From an uncultured Clostridia bacterium (GTDB lineage: Bacteria > Bacillota > Clostridia > TANB77 > CAG-465), in contig CANQUF010000006.1 of the NCBI GenBank assembly GCA_947626975.1, positions 1-50,906 on the forward strand: DNA of 50,906 bases, read 5' to 3'. Numbering within the stretch: position 1 is the stretch's first letter; each line of letters begins with the position of its first letter. A program made the position numbers and the translations under genes. Below are positions 32,761 to 42,526 of this stretch, piece after piece. Below the pieces are notes generated by a model. It was given only the letters and a program-made list of their open reading frames with translations, was not told where the DNA came from and did no database searches.

Positions 32761-33872
32761 CACAATATATGATAATATATTTTTTAGTTGGAATAGTATT
32801 TATACTATGTGTTAGCTTAACTCCTATAGTTATTAAATTTGCTAAGAAATTTAATTTAGTAGATATACCAAATGATAGTAGGCGAATTCATAATAAACCT
32901 ATGCCAAGAGTAGGAGGTATAGCAATTGTTGTTTCAATGTATATTGGACTAGCTATATATTATTTTCTTACTAAAAATATTGAGGGAATAGCATTAAACG
33001 AACAATTTGTTGGATATGTACTAGCTGGTATAATAATTTTTACAATGGGATTACTTGATGATATTTTTAATTTAAAGGCAAGATATAAATTTATATTTCA
33101 ATTAGTAGCTTCTATAATTGTATATATTTTTGGTGTTAGAATAACTGGAGTTAAAATACCATTTATTTATACTGATGTAATTGATTTTGGTATTTTCTCT
33201 ATTCCAATTACATTAGCTTGGATAATAGGAATAACAAACTCTATTAATTTGATTGATGGATTAGATGGACTAGCTGCAGGAATAACAGCTATTTCTGCTA
33301 CAGCGCTTATCATTATATTTATTGCAACATCATCTAGTTTAGAGTCAATAATAATAACAGCAGTTTTAGTTGGTGCAACTCTTGGATTTTTACCATATAA
33401 TTTTAATCCAGCAAAAACATTTATGGGAGATTGTAGTTCAAATTTTTTAGGATTTACATTAGCAGTAGTTTCAATTTTAGGATGTGCTAAAGGTTATACT
33501 ATTCTTGCAATAATAGCACCAATACTTACATTAGGAGTTCCTATATTTGATACTTTATTTGCAATGATAAGGCGTCTTGTAAAAGGTCAACCAATATTAA
33601 AACCAGATGGAGCACATATACATCATAGACTTATTAAAATGGGATTTTCACAAAAACAAGCAGTATTAATTCTATATACAATTACTACGATATTTTCTAT
33701 AATTGCTGTAGTAATAATATCTACAGATATATGGAAATTATTACTTTTAATACTTGCACTAATATCTTTTGTAACAATGGGAATAATAAGTATGAAAAAT
33801 CAAAAATTAAAACATATTCATGATAATACTATTAGTGAAAACTTTAACAATGATAATAAAATTAAAAAGTAA
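32757..33872 (+). CDS. tagO: Undecaprenyl-phosphate GlcNAc-1-phosphate transferase (TagO/WecA)
   Basis: RRIHNKPMPRVGG, NLIDGLDGL, FMGD, HIHHRL. Confidence 0.9.
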   Translation: MTQYMIIYFLVGIVFILCVSLTPIVIKFAKKFNLVDIPNDSRRIHNKPMPRVGGIAIVVSMYIGLAIYYFLTKNIEGIALNEQFVGYVLAGIIIFTMGLLDDIFNLKARYKFIFQLVASIIVYIFGVRITGVKIPFIYTDVIDFGIFSIPITLAWIIGITNSINLIDGLDGLAAGITAISATALIIIFIATSSSLESIIITAVLVGATLGFLPYNFNPAKTFMGDCSSNFLGFTLAVVSILGCAKGYTILAIIAPILTLGVPIFDTLFAMIRRLVKGQPILKPDGAHIHHRLIKMGFSQKQAVLILYTITTIFSIIAVVIISTDIWKLLLLILALISFVTMGIISMKNQKLKHIHDNTISENFNNDNKIKK

Positions 33873-33942
33873 AATATATAAAAATGTATATAAAGTTAAA
33901 TATTAATATATAATAATAATATAATAAAAAGGGGAGATAAAT

Positions 33943-34386
33943 TTGAAAGAAGAATTATTAAAAGCATTAAAAGAGGCGATGAAAGAGAAAGATGATATTA
34001 AGAAAAATACAATTACTTGTCTTAGAGCAGCAATATTACAAGTAGAAAAAGATAAACAAATTACTTTATCAGAAAGTCAAATGCAAGAAATTGTAGCAAA
34101 GGAAGTAAAGAAAAGAAAAGAGTCAATTCCAGAATATCAAAATGGTGGAAGAGATGATATAGTAAATAATTTAAAACAAGAAATAGAAATATTAGAAAAG
34201 TATTTACCTAAACAATTAACAAAGGAAGAAATTATAGAACTAGTAAAAGAATCAATTAAAAATACAAAAGCAACTACACCAAGAGATATGGGAATAGTTA
34301 TGAAGGATATAAAAGAAAAAGTTGCAGGTAAGGCAGATGGCAAAGTGGTTAGTGATATAGTAAAAGAATTATTAGCAAATAATTAA
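33943..34386 (+). CDS. GatB/YqeY domain protein
   Basis: AMKEKD, KRKESI, YLPKQL, DMGIVM, ADGK. Confidence 0.92.
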   Translation: MKEELLKALKEAMKEKDDIKKNTITCLRAAILQVEKDKQITLSESQMQEIVAKEVKKRKESIPEYQNGGRDDIVNNLKQEIEILEKYLPKQLTKEEIIELVKESIKNTKATTPRDMGIVMKDIKEKVAGKADGKVVSDIVKELLANN

Positions 34387-34392
34387 TAATAA

Positions 34393-34424
34393 AATAAAGT
34401 CAGGATTTTTTGCTTGACTTTATT
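34393..34424. terminator. Hairpin/terminator
   Basis: AATAAAGTCAGG...CTTGACTTTATT. Confidence 0.7.
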
Positions 34425-34449
34425 ATTTAATTCATGAAAGGAGAATTTT

Positions 34450-35709
34450 ATGGTAAATATATATAAAATTAATAATAAAAAATTTAAAAGTATATATTTT
34501 TCCGTTAACTTTATAATGCAGTTAAATAGAAAAGAAATATCAGAAAATGCAGTGCTATCACAAGTAATGGCAAAATCTTGTAAAAAATATGTTACTCAAA
34601 AAGATATTATGAAGCAATTATATTCATTATATGGTTCAAATTTTGATGTAAATATTGAAAAATATGGAGATTTATTTAATTTAGAATTTAGAATAGAATG
34701 TATTAATAAAAAGTATTTACCTAATAATATTGATGTAGTAGATAGCGTATTAGAATTTTTATACAATATAATATTTGAGCCTAGTGTAGATAATTTAGAA
34801 TTTAATAAAGATTTAGTGGAAAGAGAAAAAATATCAATATTAGAAAAAATAAATTCTAAGAAAGATGATAAATTAAAATACGGTGTTTTAAAAACTGAAG
34901 AAATGATGTGTAAAGGTGAGCCTTTTGGTGAATACATATATGGTAATATTGATGATGTAAAAAATATTACTTCAAAATCGCTATATAAAAGGTATTATGA
35001 TATGCTAAATAATTCATATATAAATATTGTAATATCAGGAAATCTAGATGGATATGAAAATATAGATAAAAATATAAATACTATTTTTAATTCAAAGTTA
35101 GATTCAAAATTAAAAATAAATGATTTAGATAAAAATATAAAATTAAATACAAATTATAATATATTAGAAACTGAGGAAACTCAAGATACAACACAAAGTG
35201 TTATAACATATGGCTTAAAGATTAATAATGTATCTGATAATGATTTTTATGTACTTAATGTATATAATTCAATATTAGGTGGTACACCTAGTTCAAAATT
35301 ATTTCAAAATTTTAGAGAGAAAGAATCTTTAGCATATACAGTGCGTTCTAGATATTATAGATTTAAAGATATGATAATAATATATGCTGGAATACAAAAG
35401 AAAAATTATGAAAAGGCAAAGCAAGTTATAAATAATGAATTACATCAAATTGAAATTGGAAATATCACAGATGAAGAATTTAACTCTGCTAAAGATAGCT
35501 TGATTTCTGATTTAAAAGAATGGAATGATTCAAAGATCTCACTTGCTAAGATGTTTATGATGAACCTAGTTGCAACAAATACAACAAATATATCTTTACA
35601 AGAAATGATAGATAAGATTGATAGTGTAACTAAACAAGATGTTATAGAAATATCAAAACGAATAAATATAAGTAGAATTTTTTTATTAGGAGGTTCTCAT
35701 GATAAATAA
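34450..35709 (+). CDS. ymfF: M16 peptidase, non-catalytic subunit (YmfF-like)
   Basis: No HXXEH; GGTPSSKLFQNFREKESLAY; paired with the next gene. Confidence 0.85.
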   Translation: MVNIYKINNKKFKSIYFSVNFIMQLNRKEISENAVLSQVMAKSCKKYVTQKDIMKQLYSLYGSNFDVNIEKYGDLFNLEFRIECINKKYLPNNIDVVDSVLEFLYNIIFEPSVDNLEFNKDLVEREKISILEKINSKKDDKLKYGVLKTEEMMCKGEPFGEYIYGNIDDVKNITSKSLYKRYYDMLNNSYINIVISGNLDGYENIDKNINTIFNSKLDSKLKINDLDKNIKLNTNYNILETEETQDTTQSVITYGLKINNVSDNDFYVLNVYNSILGGTPSSKLFQNFREKESLAYTVRSRYYRFKDMIIIYAGIQKKNYEKAKQVINNELHQIEIGNITDEEFNSAKDSLISDLKEWNDSKISLAKMFMMNLVATNTTNISLQEMIDKIDSVTKQDVIEISKRINISRIFLLGGSHDK

Positions 35710-37000
35710 AATAGATGTTAAAGTGTGTAAGGAACTAGATGAACAGACATATGTTACTACTTTAAAAGATGGATTAAATGTATATATATGCAAAAAGCCT
35801 GGATTTGAAAAGAAAATTGGAATGTTTGGAACTAAATATGGTTCTATTACTAATAATTTTGTAGATATAGCTACAGGAAAAAAAATAAAAGTACCAGATG
35901 GTATAGCACATTTCCTTGAACATAAATTATTTGAAAAAGAAGGTGCAAATGCTCTTGATTTATTTAGTAAAATGGGTGTATCATCAAATGCATATACATC
36001 TTTTGATCAAACAGTTTTCTATTTTGAGACAATTGAAAAATTTGAAAAATCAATTGAAATGTTAGTAAAATTAATTAAAGAACCATATTTTACTGATGAA
36101 AATGTAGAAAAAGAACAAGGAATAATTGGTCAAGAAATTAGTATGTATGATGACGAACCTAATTTTATGGTATATTTTAATACATTAAGAGCTATGTATA
36201 TAAATAGTCCTGTAAGGATAGATATTGCTGGAACAATTGAATCAATTTCTCATATAACGAAAGAATTATTATATACATGTTATAATACATTTTATAGTCC
36301 ACAGAATATGTTCTTTTTAGTAGTTGGAGATGTAGATGTAGAGAGTACAATAAATTTAATCGAAAAAAATATAAAAAAATATGAAAAAGATTATGATAAA
36401 ACTAAAGAAATATTAAAGATAGAAAAATTTTATGAAGAGGAACCTGATAGCATATATGAAAAAGAAATAACAAAAAAGATGGATATATATATGCCACTTA
36501 TGTGTATTGGGTATAAATTAAAACCAACTAATGGAAATAATTCTGTTAAAAGACAAATAATTTCTGAGTTTATATCAGATATGTATTTTTCAAAATTATC
36601 TGATTTTTATCAAGAGGAATATGATAAAGGTTTGATAAGTGAGGAATTAAGTTTTGATTATGAGGGTAGTAATGAATTTTCACATGTAATAATAAGTTGT
36701 AGTTCAACAAATATTCAAAAGTTAAAAAAAGATTTAATAAGGTATTTAGATGAATTAAAAGAAAGAGAAATAGATACAGAATTATTCGAGCTTATAAAAA
36801 GAAAAAAAATAGGATATAATTGTTTTTGCGCAGATAATTTAAGTATTAGTTATAGAAGAATAATAGATAGTATAATTAATGATTCAAATATGTATGAAGA
36901 TGTAAATATTATAAATACTATTACACCAAATGATATAAAAGATTTTTTAATGTCTTTAGAAAATGATAAAAGAGTTGTTTCAATAGTGACTGAAAAGTAA
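35699..37000 (+). CDS. ymfH: M16 peptidase, catalytic subunit (YmfH-like)
   Basis: PDGIAHFLEHKLFE, NAYTSF, EKEQGIIGQEI. Confidence 0.9.
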   Translation: MINKIDVKVCKELDEQTYVTTLKDGLNVYICKKPGFEKKIGMFGTKYGSITNNFVDIATGKKIKVPDGIAHFLEHKLFEKEGANALDLFSKMGVSSNAYTSFDQTVFYFETIEKFEKSIEMLVKLIKEPYFTDENVEKEQGIIGQEISMYDDEPNFMVYFNTLRAMYINSPVRIDIAGTIESISHITKELLYTCYNTFYSPQNMFFLVVGDVDVESTINLIEKNIKKYEKDYDKTKEILKIEKFYEEEPDSIYEKEITKKMDIYMPLMCIGYKLKPTNGNNSVKRQIISEFISDMYFSKLSDFYQEEYDKGLISEELSFDYEGSNEFSHVIISCSSTNIQKLKKDLIRYLDELKEREIDTELFELIKRKKIGYNCFCADNLSISYRRIIDSIINDSNMYEDVNIINTITPNDIKDFLMSLENDKRVVSIVTEK

Positions 37001-37057
37001 AAAAAAGTGATTAATATTAATTCTAATAAAATAGAAATTAATTATTAATCACTTTTT
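37001..37057 (+). terminator. Intrinsic terminator
   Basis: AAAAAAGTGATTAAT...ATTAATCACTTTTT. Confidence 0.75.
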
Positions 37058-37202
37058 ATATTAATTAAATATAAATAAAATATTATTTGATTAAAATAAG
37101 TAATAAAATACTTTCCTATAGTTTATTAGTTTCTTATATATATTGTTATAAAGTATAATAATATACATATAATATATGAGTAAGTGTGAAAAGTAAATAT
37201 TT

Positions 37203-37266
37203 TGTCGAAACTTGCGACCAATTGTTGACTAAAAATATTGACAAAATAATTAATCAAATGTAAAAT
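37203..37266 (+). promoter_or_regulatory. Spo0A-box module plus SigA promoter
   Basis: TGTCGAA-AC-TTGCGA at 37203; TTGACA 37238, TAAAAT 37261. Confidence 0.75.
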
Positions 37267-37287
37267 GTTAGTATAGGAGATGATAAA

Positions 37288-37446
37288 ATGACTATAGAAA
37301 AAATTAATTCTTTAAAAGAAAAACTAGAAAATCAGGTATTAAAAGAAGACTCATATCAAAAAATATATGAGACTAGTGTTGAAATTGATAAATTATTAGT
37401 TAAATACTATAATGAGGAAAAAGATTTACTTAAAAATATTAAATAA
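37288..37446 (+). CDS. Spo0E-like aspartyl-phosphate phosphatase (absent from ORF track)
   Basis: MTIEKINSLKEKLENQVLKEDSYQKIYETSVEIDKLLVKYY...; SVEID approximates the SQELD signature; AGGAG RBS. Confidence 0.75.
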   Translation: MTIEKINSLKEKLENQVLKEDSYQKIYETSVEIDKLLVKYYNEEKDLLKNIK

Positions 37447-37869
37447 ATCAAATGAAACATTAAAAAGTATTAATCCTAAAACTATAATTAATATATAATC
37501 GCAATCAGATTGAATTAATAAAAATAATATTAGTCCAATAAGAATTAAATCGTCTATTTGAATATCAAATCCAAATATATTAATACTCTCTTTTGAAAAT
37601 GATAAGGGACCAATCTTAAAAGATTTATTATTAGTATTTCTATCAGTTTTAGAATTATCAGTACAACTACTATTTTCTTTAGCATCCTCATTATCTTGTA
37701 CAACATTAGAATCGTCTTTATTTATCTTATCTAAATAAAATTCATCATAAGTATTTGGAATATTGCTTGTATAATGATGATAATAGGTAGAGGAAATGTT
37801 GTTATATGGATTATAGTAATTGTTAATATATGGATTGTAATTTTGATAACTCATATTATATCTTAACAT
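37426..37869 (-). CDS. Hypothetical Tyr/Asn-rich protein with C-terminal hydrophobic segment
   Basis: ORF in the track; DDLILIGLILFLL C-terminus; start (37869 or 37875) uncertain. Confidence 0.65.
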   Translation of the reverse strand: MLRYNMSYQNYNPYINNYYNPYNNISSTYYHHYTSNIPNTYDEFYLDKINKDDSNVVQDNEDAKENSSCTDNSKTDRNTNNKSFKIGPLSFSKESINIFGFDIQIDDLILIGLILFLLIQSDCDYILIIVLGLILFNVSFDLFNIFK

Positions 37870-38416
37870 TTTCATCACTACCTTTATCATAAAAAATCTG
37901 TATTGCATTTATAATATTAAGTATTGAAATATATTCTCCTATTTTGTCTTGTCTTGTTTTTCTTAAAAAAGGTTTTAATGAGTTTAATAAATCTTTTCTA
38001 GGATCATTCCTTGACATTGACATAATTACCTTTGTTATTTTTTCTAATATTTTTGGATCAATTTTATCAAAATTAAAATTTGAATTATTTTCATTATTTG
38101 TATTTTTGTTCGTAGTTGATAATAAATTTAATATCCCAGAAATATCAAAATTATTTAATATTGATGATATATCTGATAAATTAAAGCTTTTACTATTTTG
38201 ATTATTTTCACTATTTTTATTGTTAATAATATTTTCTGTATTATTAGATGTATCAGTGTTTGAATTTTGAGTATATGTATCTATGTTTTCATTATAATTA
38301 TCAGAATTAAATTTATCTTCATTTGTATTGTTATTCATTTTGTCTTGAATGCTTTGAATAAGTTCTAATATTGCTGAGTTATCAACTACATTACTAGATT
38401 CATTATTTTCATTCAT
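37856..38416 (-). CDS. Conserved clostridial hypothetical protein
   Basis: Asn-rich linker and C-terminal DPRKDLLNSLKPFL motif. Confidence 0.7.
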   Translation of the reverse strand: MNENNESSNVVDNSAILELIQSIQDKMNNNTNEDKFNSDNYNENIDTYTQNSNTDTSNNTENIINNKNSENNQNSKSFNLSDISSILNNFDISGILNLLSTTNKNTNNENNSNFNFDKIDPKILEKITKVIMSMSRNDPRKDLLNSLKPFLRKTRQDKIGEYISILNIINAIQIFYDKGSDENVKI

Positions 38417-38419
38417 AAA

Positions 38420-38602
38420 TTATTTCTTGTTATTTTTGCTAAGCATTCCTACTAAATTAGTTAAATCTTCACTAGACATGTTTTGAACCATTCTACTTAC
38501 TTGTTCAATTTTACTTTTATCAATTGTTGATAATAATTCTACTAATTTTTGATTTATCATTGTATTAGAGTTATTTTGATTATTTTCATTCATACTAATC
38601 AT
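38420..38602 (-). CDS. Small hypothetical protein
   Basis: 60 aa, AAAGGAG RBS, first gene of a three-gene operon. Confidence 0.65.
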   Translation of the reverse strand: MISMNENNQNNSNTMINQKLVELLSTIDKSKIEQVSRMVQNMSSEDLTNLVGMLSKNNKK

Positions 38603-38688
38603 CTCCTTTAATATATAATAATTATATGCAATTTTAATATATATGTGAATGATAAATTATTCTAATTAATAACAATTATGTAATTTTT

Positions 38689-38753
38689 TGTCGAAACTTG
38701 CGATCAAAAGTCAAAGCTTAAGTATTGACAAATAAAAAAAATAAGAGTATAAT
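38689..38753 (+). promoter_or_regulatory. Spo0A-box module plus consensus SigA promoter
   Basis: TGTCGAAACTTGCGATCAAAAGTCAAA at 38689; TTGACA 38725, 17 bp, TATAAT 38748. Confidence 0.78.
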
Positions 38754-38937
38754 CCCTATATATTAAAATCATATTTTTTTATCATATAAATTATTCATAA
38801 TAATTTTTTTCATATTTATTATCAATATAATTTTTTCAGAAATTTAATTATTTAATTTTAAATTAAAATCCTAAGGTATAAAAGTATATAATAGAAACTT
38901 TTTTCTAAAATTTTATTATAAATAAGGAGGTGTAGTA

Positions 38938-39480
38938 CTGTTAAATTTTAAAAAATTTAAAGACATAACTAGTATATACAAATTTACAGATATAACAGAC
39001 GAATATATTTTATCTAAAAAAGGTAATTTAACATTTAAAATTTTCATATATACTATAGATCCATTAATAATGTTAGATTCGTCAAAAGATACTAAAAATA
39101 ATATAATAACTAGCTATACTGAAATATTAAAAGAAATAGATATAAATTTTCAAATATTAATTATAAATAAAAAGTTAGATATAAGTAAATATATTGAAAA
39201 TACTAAAAAACTTAATATAAATATAATAAATAAAAATAAAGTAATATCACTATATGATGAATATATGGATAATTTAGAAAAATTATTGAATAAAGCAAAT
39301 ATATATGAAACAAAGTATTATTTTGTTTTTTCAATGGATATAACTAATGAAAAAGAAATATATAATATAGAAAAAAGTTTAAAAAAATTAAATAAAATAG
39401 GATGTAATGTATCAAGATTACGTGGAGTAGATAATATAAAACAAATGTTATATGAATGTATAAATAAAGAGTATGTATAG
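38938..39480 (+). CDS. VirB4/TraC N-terminal-domain-like protein (CTG start inferred)
   Basis: Frame is open 44 codons upstream of the track start; AGGAGG 7 nt before CTG; IDP...YTEILKEIDINFQILI...Y...YETKYYFVF pattern. Confidence 0.6.
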   Translation: MLNFKKFKDITSIYKFTDITDEYILSKKGNLTFKIFIYTIDPLIMLDSSKDTKNNIITSYTEILKEIDINFQILIINKKLDISKYIENTKKLNINIINKNKVISLYDEYMDNLEKLLNKANIYETKYYFVFSMDITNEKEIYNIEKSLKKLNKIGCNVSRLRGVDNIKQMLYECINKEYV

Positions 39481-39491
39481 AAAGGAGAAAT

Positions 39492-41279
39492 ATGTATAAT
39501 ATTGATATGTTACCATCATATATTGATAATACTAACTTTAAATATATTAGAGTTGATGATAAATATATTGCAAGTATAGTAATATCTGATTATCCAAAGA
39601 AAATAGCGTTTAATGAGATTTTTGAAAGTATACCGAAAGATATTGAATATGATTTATCATTATATATTCAAAAACAAGATACAGCTAAAATACTAAAAGA
39701 TTTAACATATTATATATCAGTAAACGGCAGTGAGAAAAAAACTGCTAAAGAAAATCAAATAGATATAGATATACTTGGAAAAGTAAAAGATGACGCTAAA
39801 ATGTTAAGACATGATATACAAATAAATAATGAAGAAGTATTCTATATAAATATTATATTAACTATATATACTAAAAAAAAGGATGAACTATTAACTATTC
39901 TTAAAACTACTCAAAGTAGACTTTATTCAAAAAATTTAATTTCAAAAATAACTAATTTTAGACACTTAGATGAATATCTTTTATCTTTACCAGTATGTGA
40001 TTATAACAATAATTTATTAAAGCAAAATTATAGAAATATAACTACTTCTACAATGTCATATATTTTCCCCTTTTTTACTAGAAATATTTTTGATAAAAAT
40101 GGTATTATGTTTGGAATATTATTAAAAGAAAATACAATATGTAATATTGATATATTTAACAATAAATATTTAAATTCTAATATGTGTATATTTGGTAGTA
40201 GTGGCTCAGGTAAGTCATATTTTACTAAAATATTAATTTTAAGGCATTATTTTTCTGGAAAAAATCAAATCATATTTGATCTTGAGGGAGAGTATATTAC
40301 TTTAATAAAGAAATTAAAAGGAGAGTATATTTCACTTGGAAAAGATGATAAAAAATACTTTAATATATTAGAGATAACTAAAATGGATATAGAAATATAT
40401 GGAAGTAATTTTTTAGATTTAAAAGTAAATAAGATTAATAATTTAATTTTGAATTTAATATTTGAAGATTTAGATTTAGAAAAAAAAGATAAATATTATT
40501 TAGAAATAGAAAAAGCAATTATACAAGCGTATAAAAAGTTTCAAATAACAAATGATGTAGAAAGCTTGTATATAAAAAGTGAAAACGGAAATATTTATGT
40601 AAATAAAAAATTAAAAACTTCTGATTGCTTTCCTACTTTAAAGGATGTATACGATAATATAAAGTTAAAAAAATTAAAAGAATTATTTAAAATAAATATA
40701 ATAGAAAAATATCCTTCAATATCAAATATAACAAATATTAATTATGAAAATATGTTATTTTCTTTTAATATGAATAATATTGATGATAAAAAAGTAAATT
40801 TTTTTATGGAATACTTTTTAGAAGATATAAATAGGAATCTTAAGTATAAAGCAGAGAATAATTTAAAAAATAAAAATATTCTTCAAACAATAATCTACAT
40901 AGATGAAATATGGAAATATATTAGTAATAATTTAAAAAACAATTTATCACATTATATTTTTGAAATGTTTAAATCCATAAGAAAACAAAATGCAAGTATA
41001 GTTGCCATTACACAGGATATTTCAGATTTTTTTAAATTAGATAATGGAAATTATGGAAAAAGTATATTAAATAATTGTAATTTTAAAATGTTTTTTAGAT
41101 TAAATTATGAAGATTTTGAGATACTTGAAAAATTAAATATATTAAATAAAGATAATCAAATTATAATATCTACCTTAGATAAAGGTGAAGTATATATGAT
41201 ATTAAAAAATACACAATCAGTTTTAAAAGTAAAATCTAATACTTTTGAGAAAAGTATTATTGAGGAGGATATAACTTGA
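39492..41279 (+). CDS. VirB4-like type IV secretion ATPase
   Basis: NSNMCIFGSSGSGKS, IFDLEGEY, FPTLKD, IYIDEIW, SIRKQ, ITQDISDF, GKSILNN. Confidence 0.88.
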   Translation: MYNIDMLPSYIDNTNFKYIRVDDKYIASIVISDYPKKIAFNEIFESIPKDIEYDLSLYIQKQDTAKILKDLTYYISVNGSEKKTAKENQIDIDILGKVKDDAKMLRHDIQINNEEVFYINIILTIYTKKKDELLTILKTTQSRLYSKNLISKITNFRHLDEYLLSLPVCDYNNNLLKQNYRNITTSTMSYIFPFFTRNIFDKNGIMFGILLKENTICNIDIFNNKYLNSNMCIFGSSGSGKSYFTKILILRHYFSGKNQIIFDLEGEYITLIKKLKGEYISLGKDDKKYFNILEITKMDIEIYGSNFLDLKVNKINNLILNLIFEDLDLEKKDKYYLEIEKAIIQAYKKFQITNDVESLYIKSENGNIYVNKKLKTSDCFPTLKDVYDNIKLKKLKELFKINIIEKYPSISNITNINYENMLFSFNMNNIDDKKVNFFMEYFLEDINRNLKYKAENNLKNKNILQTIIYIDEIWKYISNNLKNNLSHYIFEMFKSIRKQNASIVAITQDISDFFKLDNGNYGKSILNNCNFKMFFRLNYEDFEILEKLNILNKDNQIIISTLDKGEVYMILKNTQSVLKVKSNTFEKSIIEEDIT

Positions 41280-42514
41280 AAATATTAATTGCTTTGGATA
41301 ATATAAATATAAAAAGTGAGTTAGACAATATATATAAAGATAGAGTATATAATCACGATATAACAACAATGGAAAATGTAATAGAATTTTTAGAAAAAAG
41401 ACAAGAAAGTTATATAGTTATAACAAAAGATAATTTGCTTGGAAAAATGAATAAAAAAATATATATAAAAAAAATAAAAGATATAAATAGTAATAACAAA
41501 GTAATTTTGATAGTAGATAAATTAACTAAAGAATATAAGGAGTTTTTGTTTGCACATGAGATATTTAATATAATTGAAGGAGAAAGTATAGATATAAAGA
41601 ATATTTGTAGCTTAGTTGATAACGATAATAAAGTTATATATGTAGCACCTTCTAATAATACTTATCTAACTGAAAATATTAAAGTAAGAAATAACTGTAT
41701 TAAGCCATATCTTATTGCAATATATGGTACAAATGGTGCTGGTAAGTCTACTATTTCAAGTATTATAGCAAAAAATATATCAAAGATAATAAATAAAAAA
41801 TTAGTTTTAGTAGATATGAACTTTCAAAATCCTAGCATTGATATAATAAATAATGTTTATTGTAGTAACGATTTGATTTTAGAAATTATTGATAAATATA
41901 AAAATGAAAAGAATAATATAAAATTATTAGAGGATAATTTAATAAAAGACAGTAAATATAGTAATTTATATTATCTTACAAATATTTCTAATATTAATAC
42001 TAATATAAAAGGAATATCAAAAGATTACTATAAAAGAATATATAAAGATATAAAACAAATGGCGAGTTATACAATTGTAGATTTGCCTTCTGATAGTTTT
42101 TTAGATATAGTACCATATACATTAAATATTTCCGATTTAATAGTTTTTGTAATAAATCCAAATTACATAAGCTTAAGACAAGCATGTAAATTATTAAATA
42201 TCTTAGAAAGTATATGGCATATAAATAAAAGTAAGATATGTATAATTATAAATAAATTTACAGATGAATCATTAGATAAAAATCAAATAAAATCTATATT
42301 TAAAAAATATGAAATAATAGGAAATATTAGATATTTAAATATTCTAGAAGAATATTTAAATGGTGCAAAAAGTGATATTAATATTAATTTAAATTTAAAT
42401 AGATTATATGATATTTTAAAAATTGATAATATAGAAACTTATGAAAAACTAGAAATTAGTTTAAAAAAAATACTTTCTAAAATAAAACGATATGTAAAAA
42501 TAAATAATAACTAA
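41276..42514 (+). CDS. CpaE/TadZ/MinD-like P-loop protein with N-terminal receiver-like domain
   Basis: IYGTNGAGKST, LVDMN, IVDLP, IIINKF; TTG start overlapping the virB4 stop. Confidence 0.72.
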   Translation: MKILIALDNINIKSELDNIYKDRVYNHDITTMENVIEFLEKRQESYIVITKDNLLGKMNKKIYIKKIKDINSNNKVILIVDKLTKEYKEFLFAHEIFNIIEGESIDIKNICSLVDNDNKVIYVAPSNNTYLTENIKVRNNCIKPYLIAIYGTNGAGKSTISSIIAKNISKIINKKLVLVDMNFQNPSIDIINNVYCSNDLILEIIDKYKNEKNNIKLLEDNLIKDSKYSNLYYLTNISNINTNIKGISKDYYKRIYKDIKQMASYTIVDLPSDSFLDIVPYTLNISDLIVFVINPNYISLRQACKLLNILESIWHINKSKICIIINKFTDESLDKNQIKSIFKKYEIIGNIRYLNILEEYLNGAKSDININLNLNRLYDILKIDNIETYEKLEISLKKILSKIKRYVKINNN

Positions 42515-42526
42515 GGAGGATAAAGT

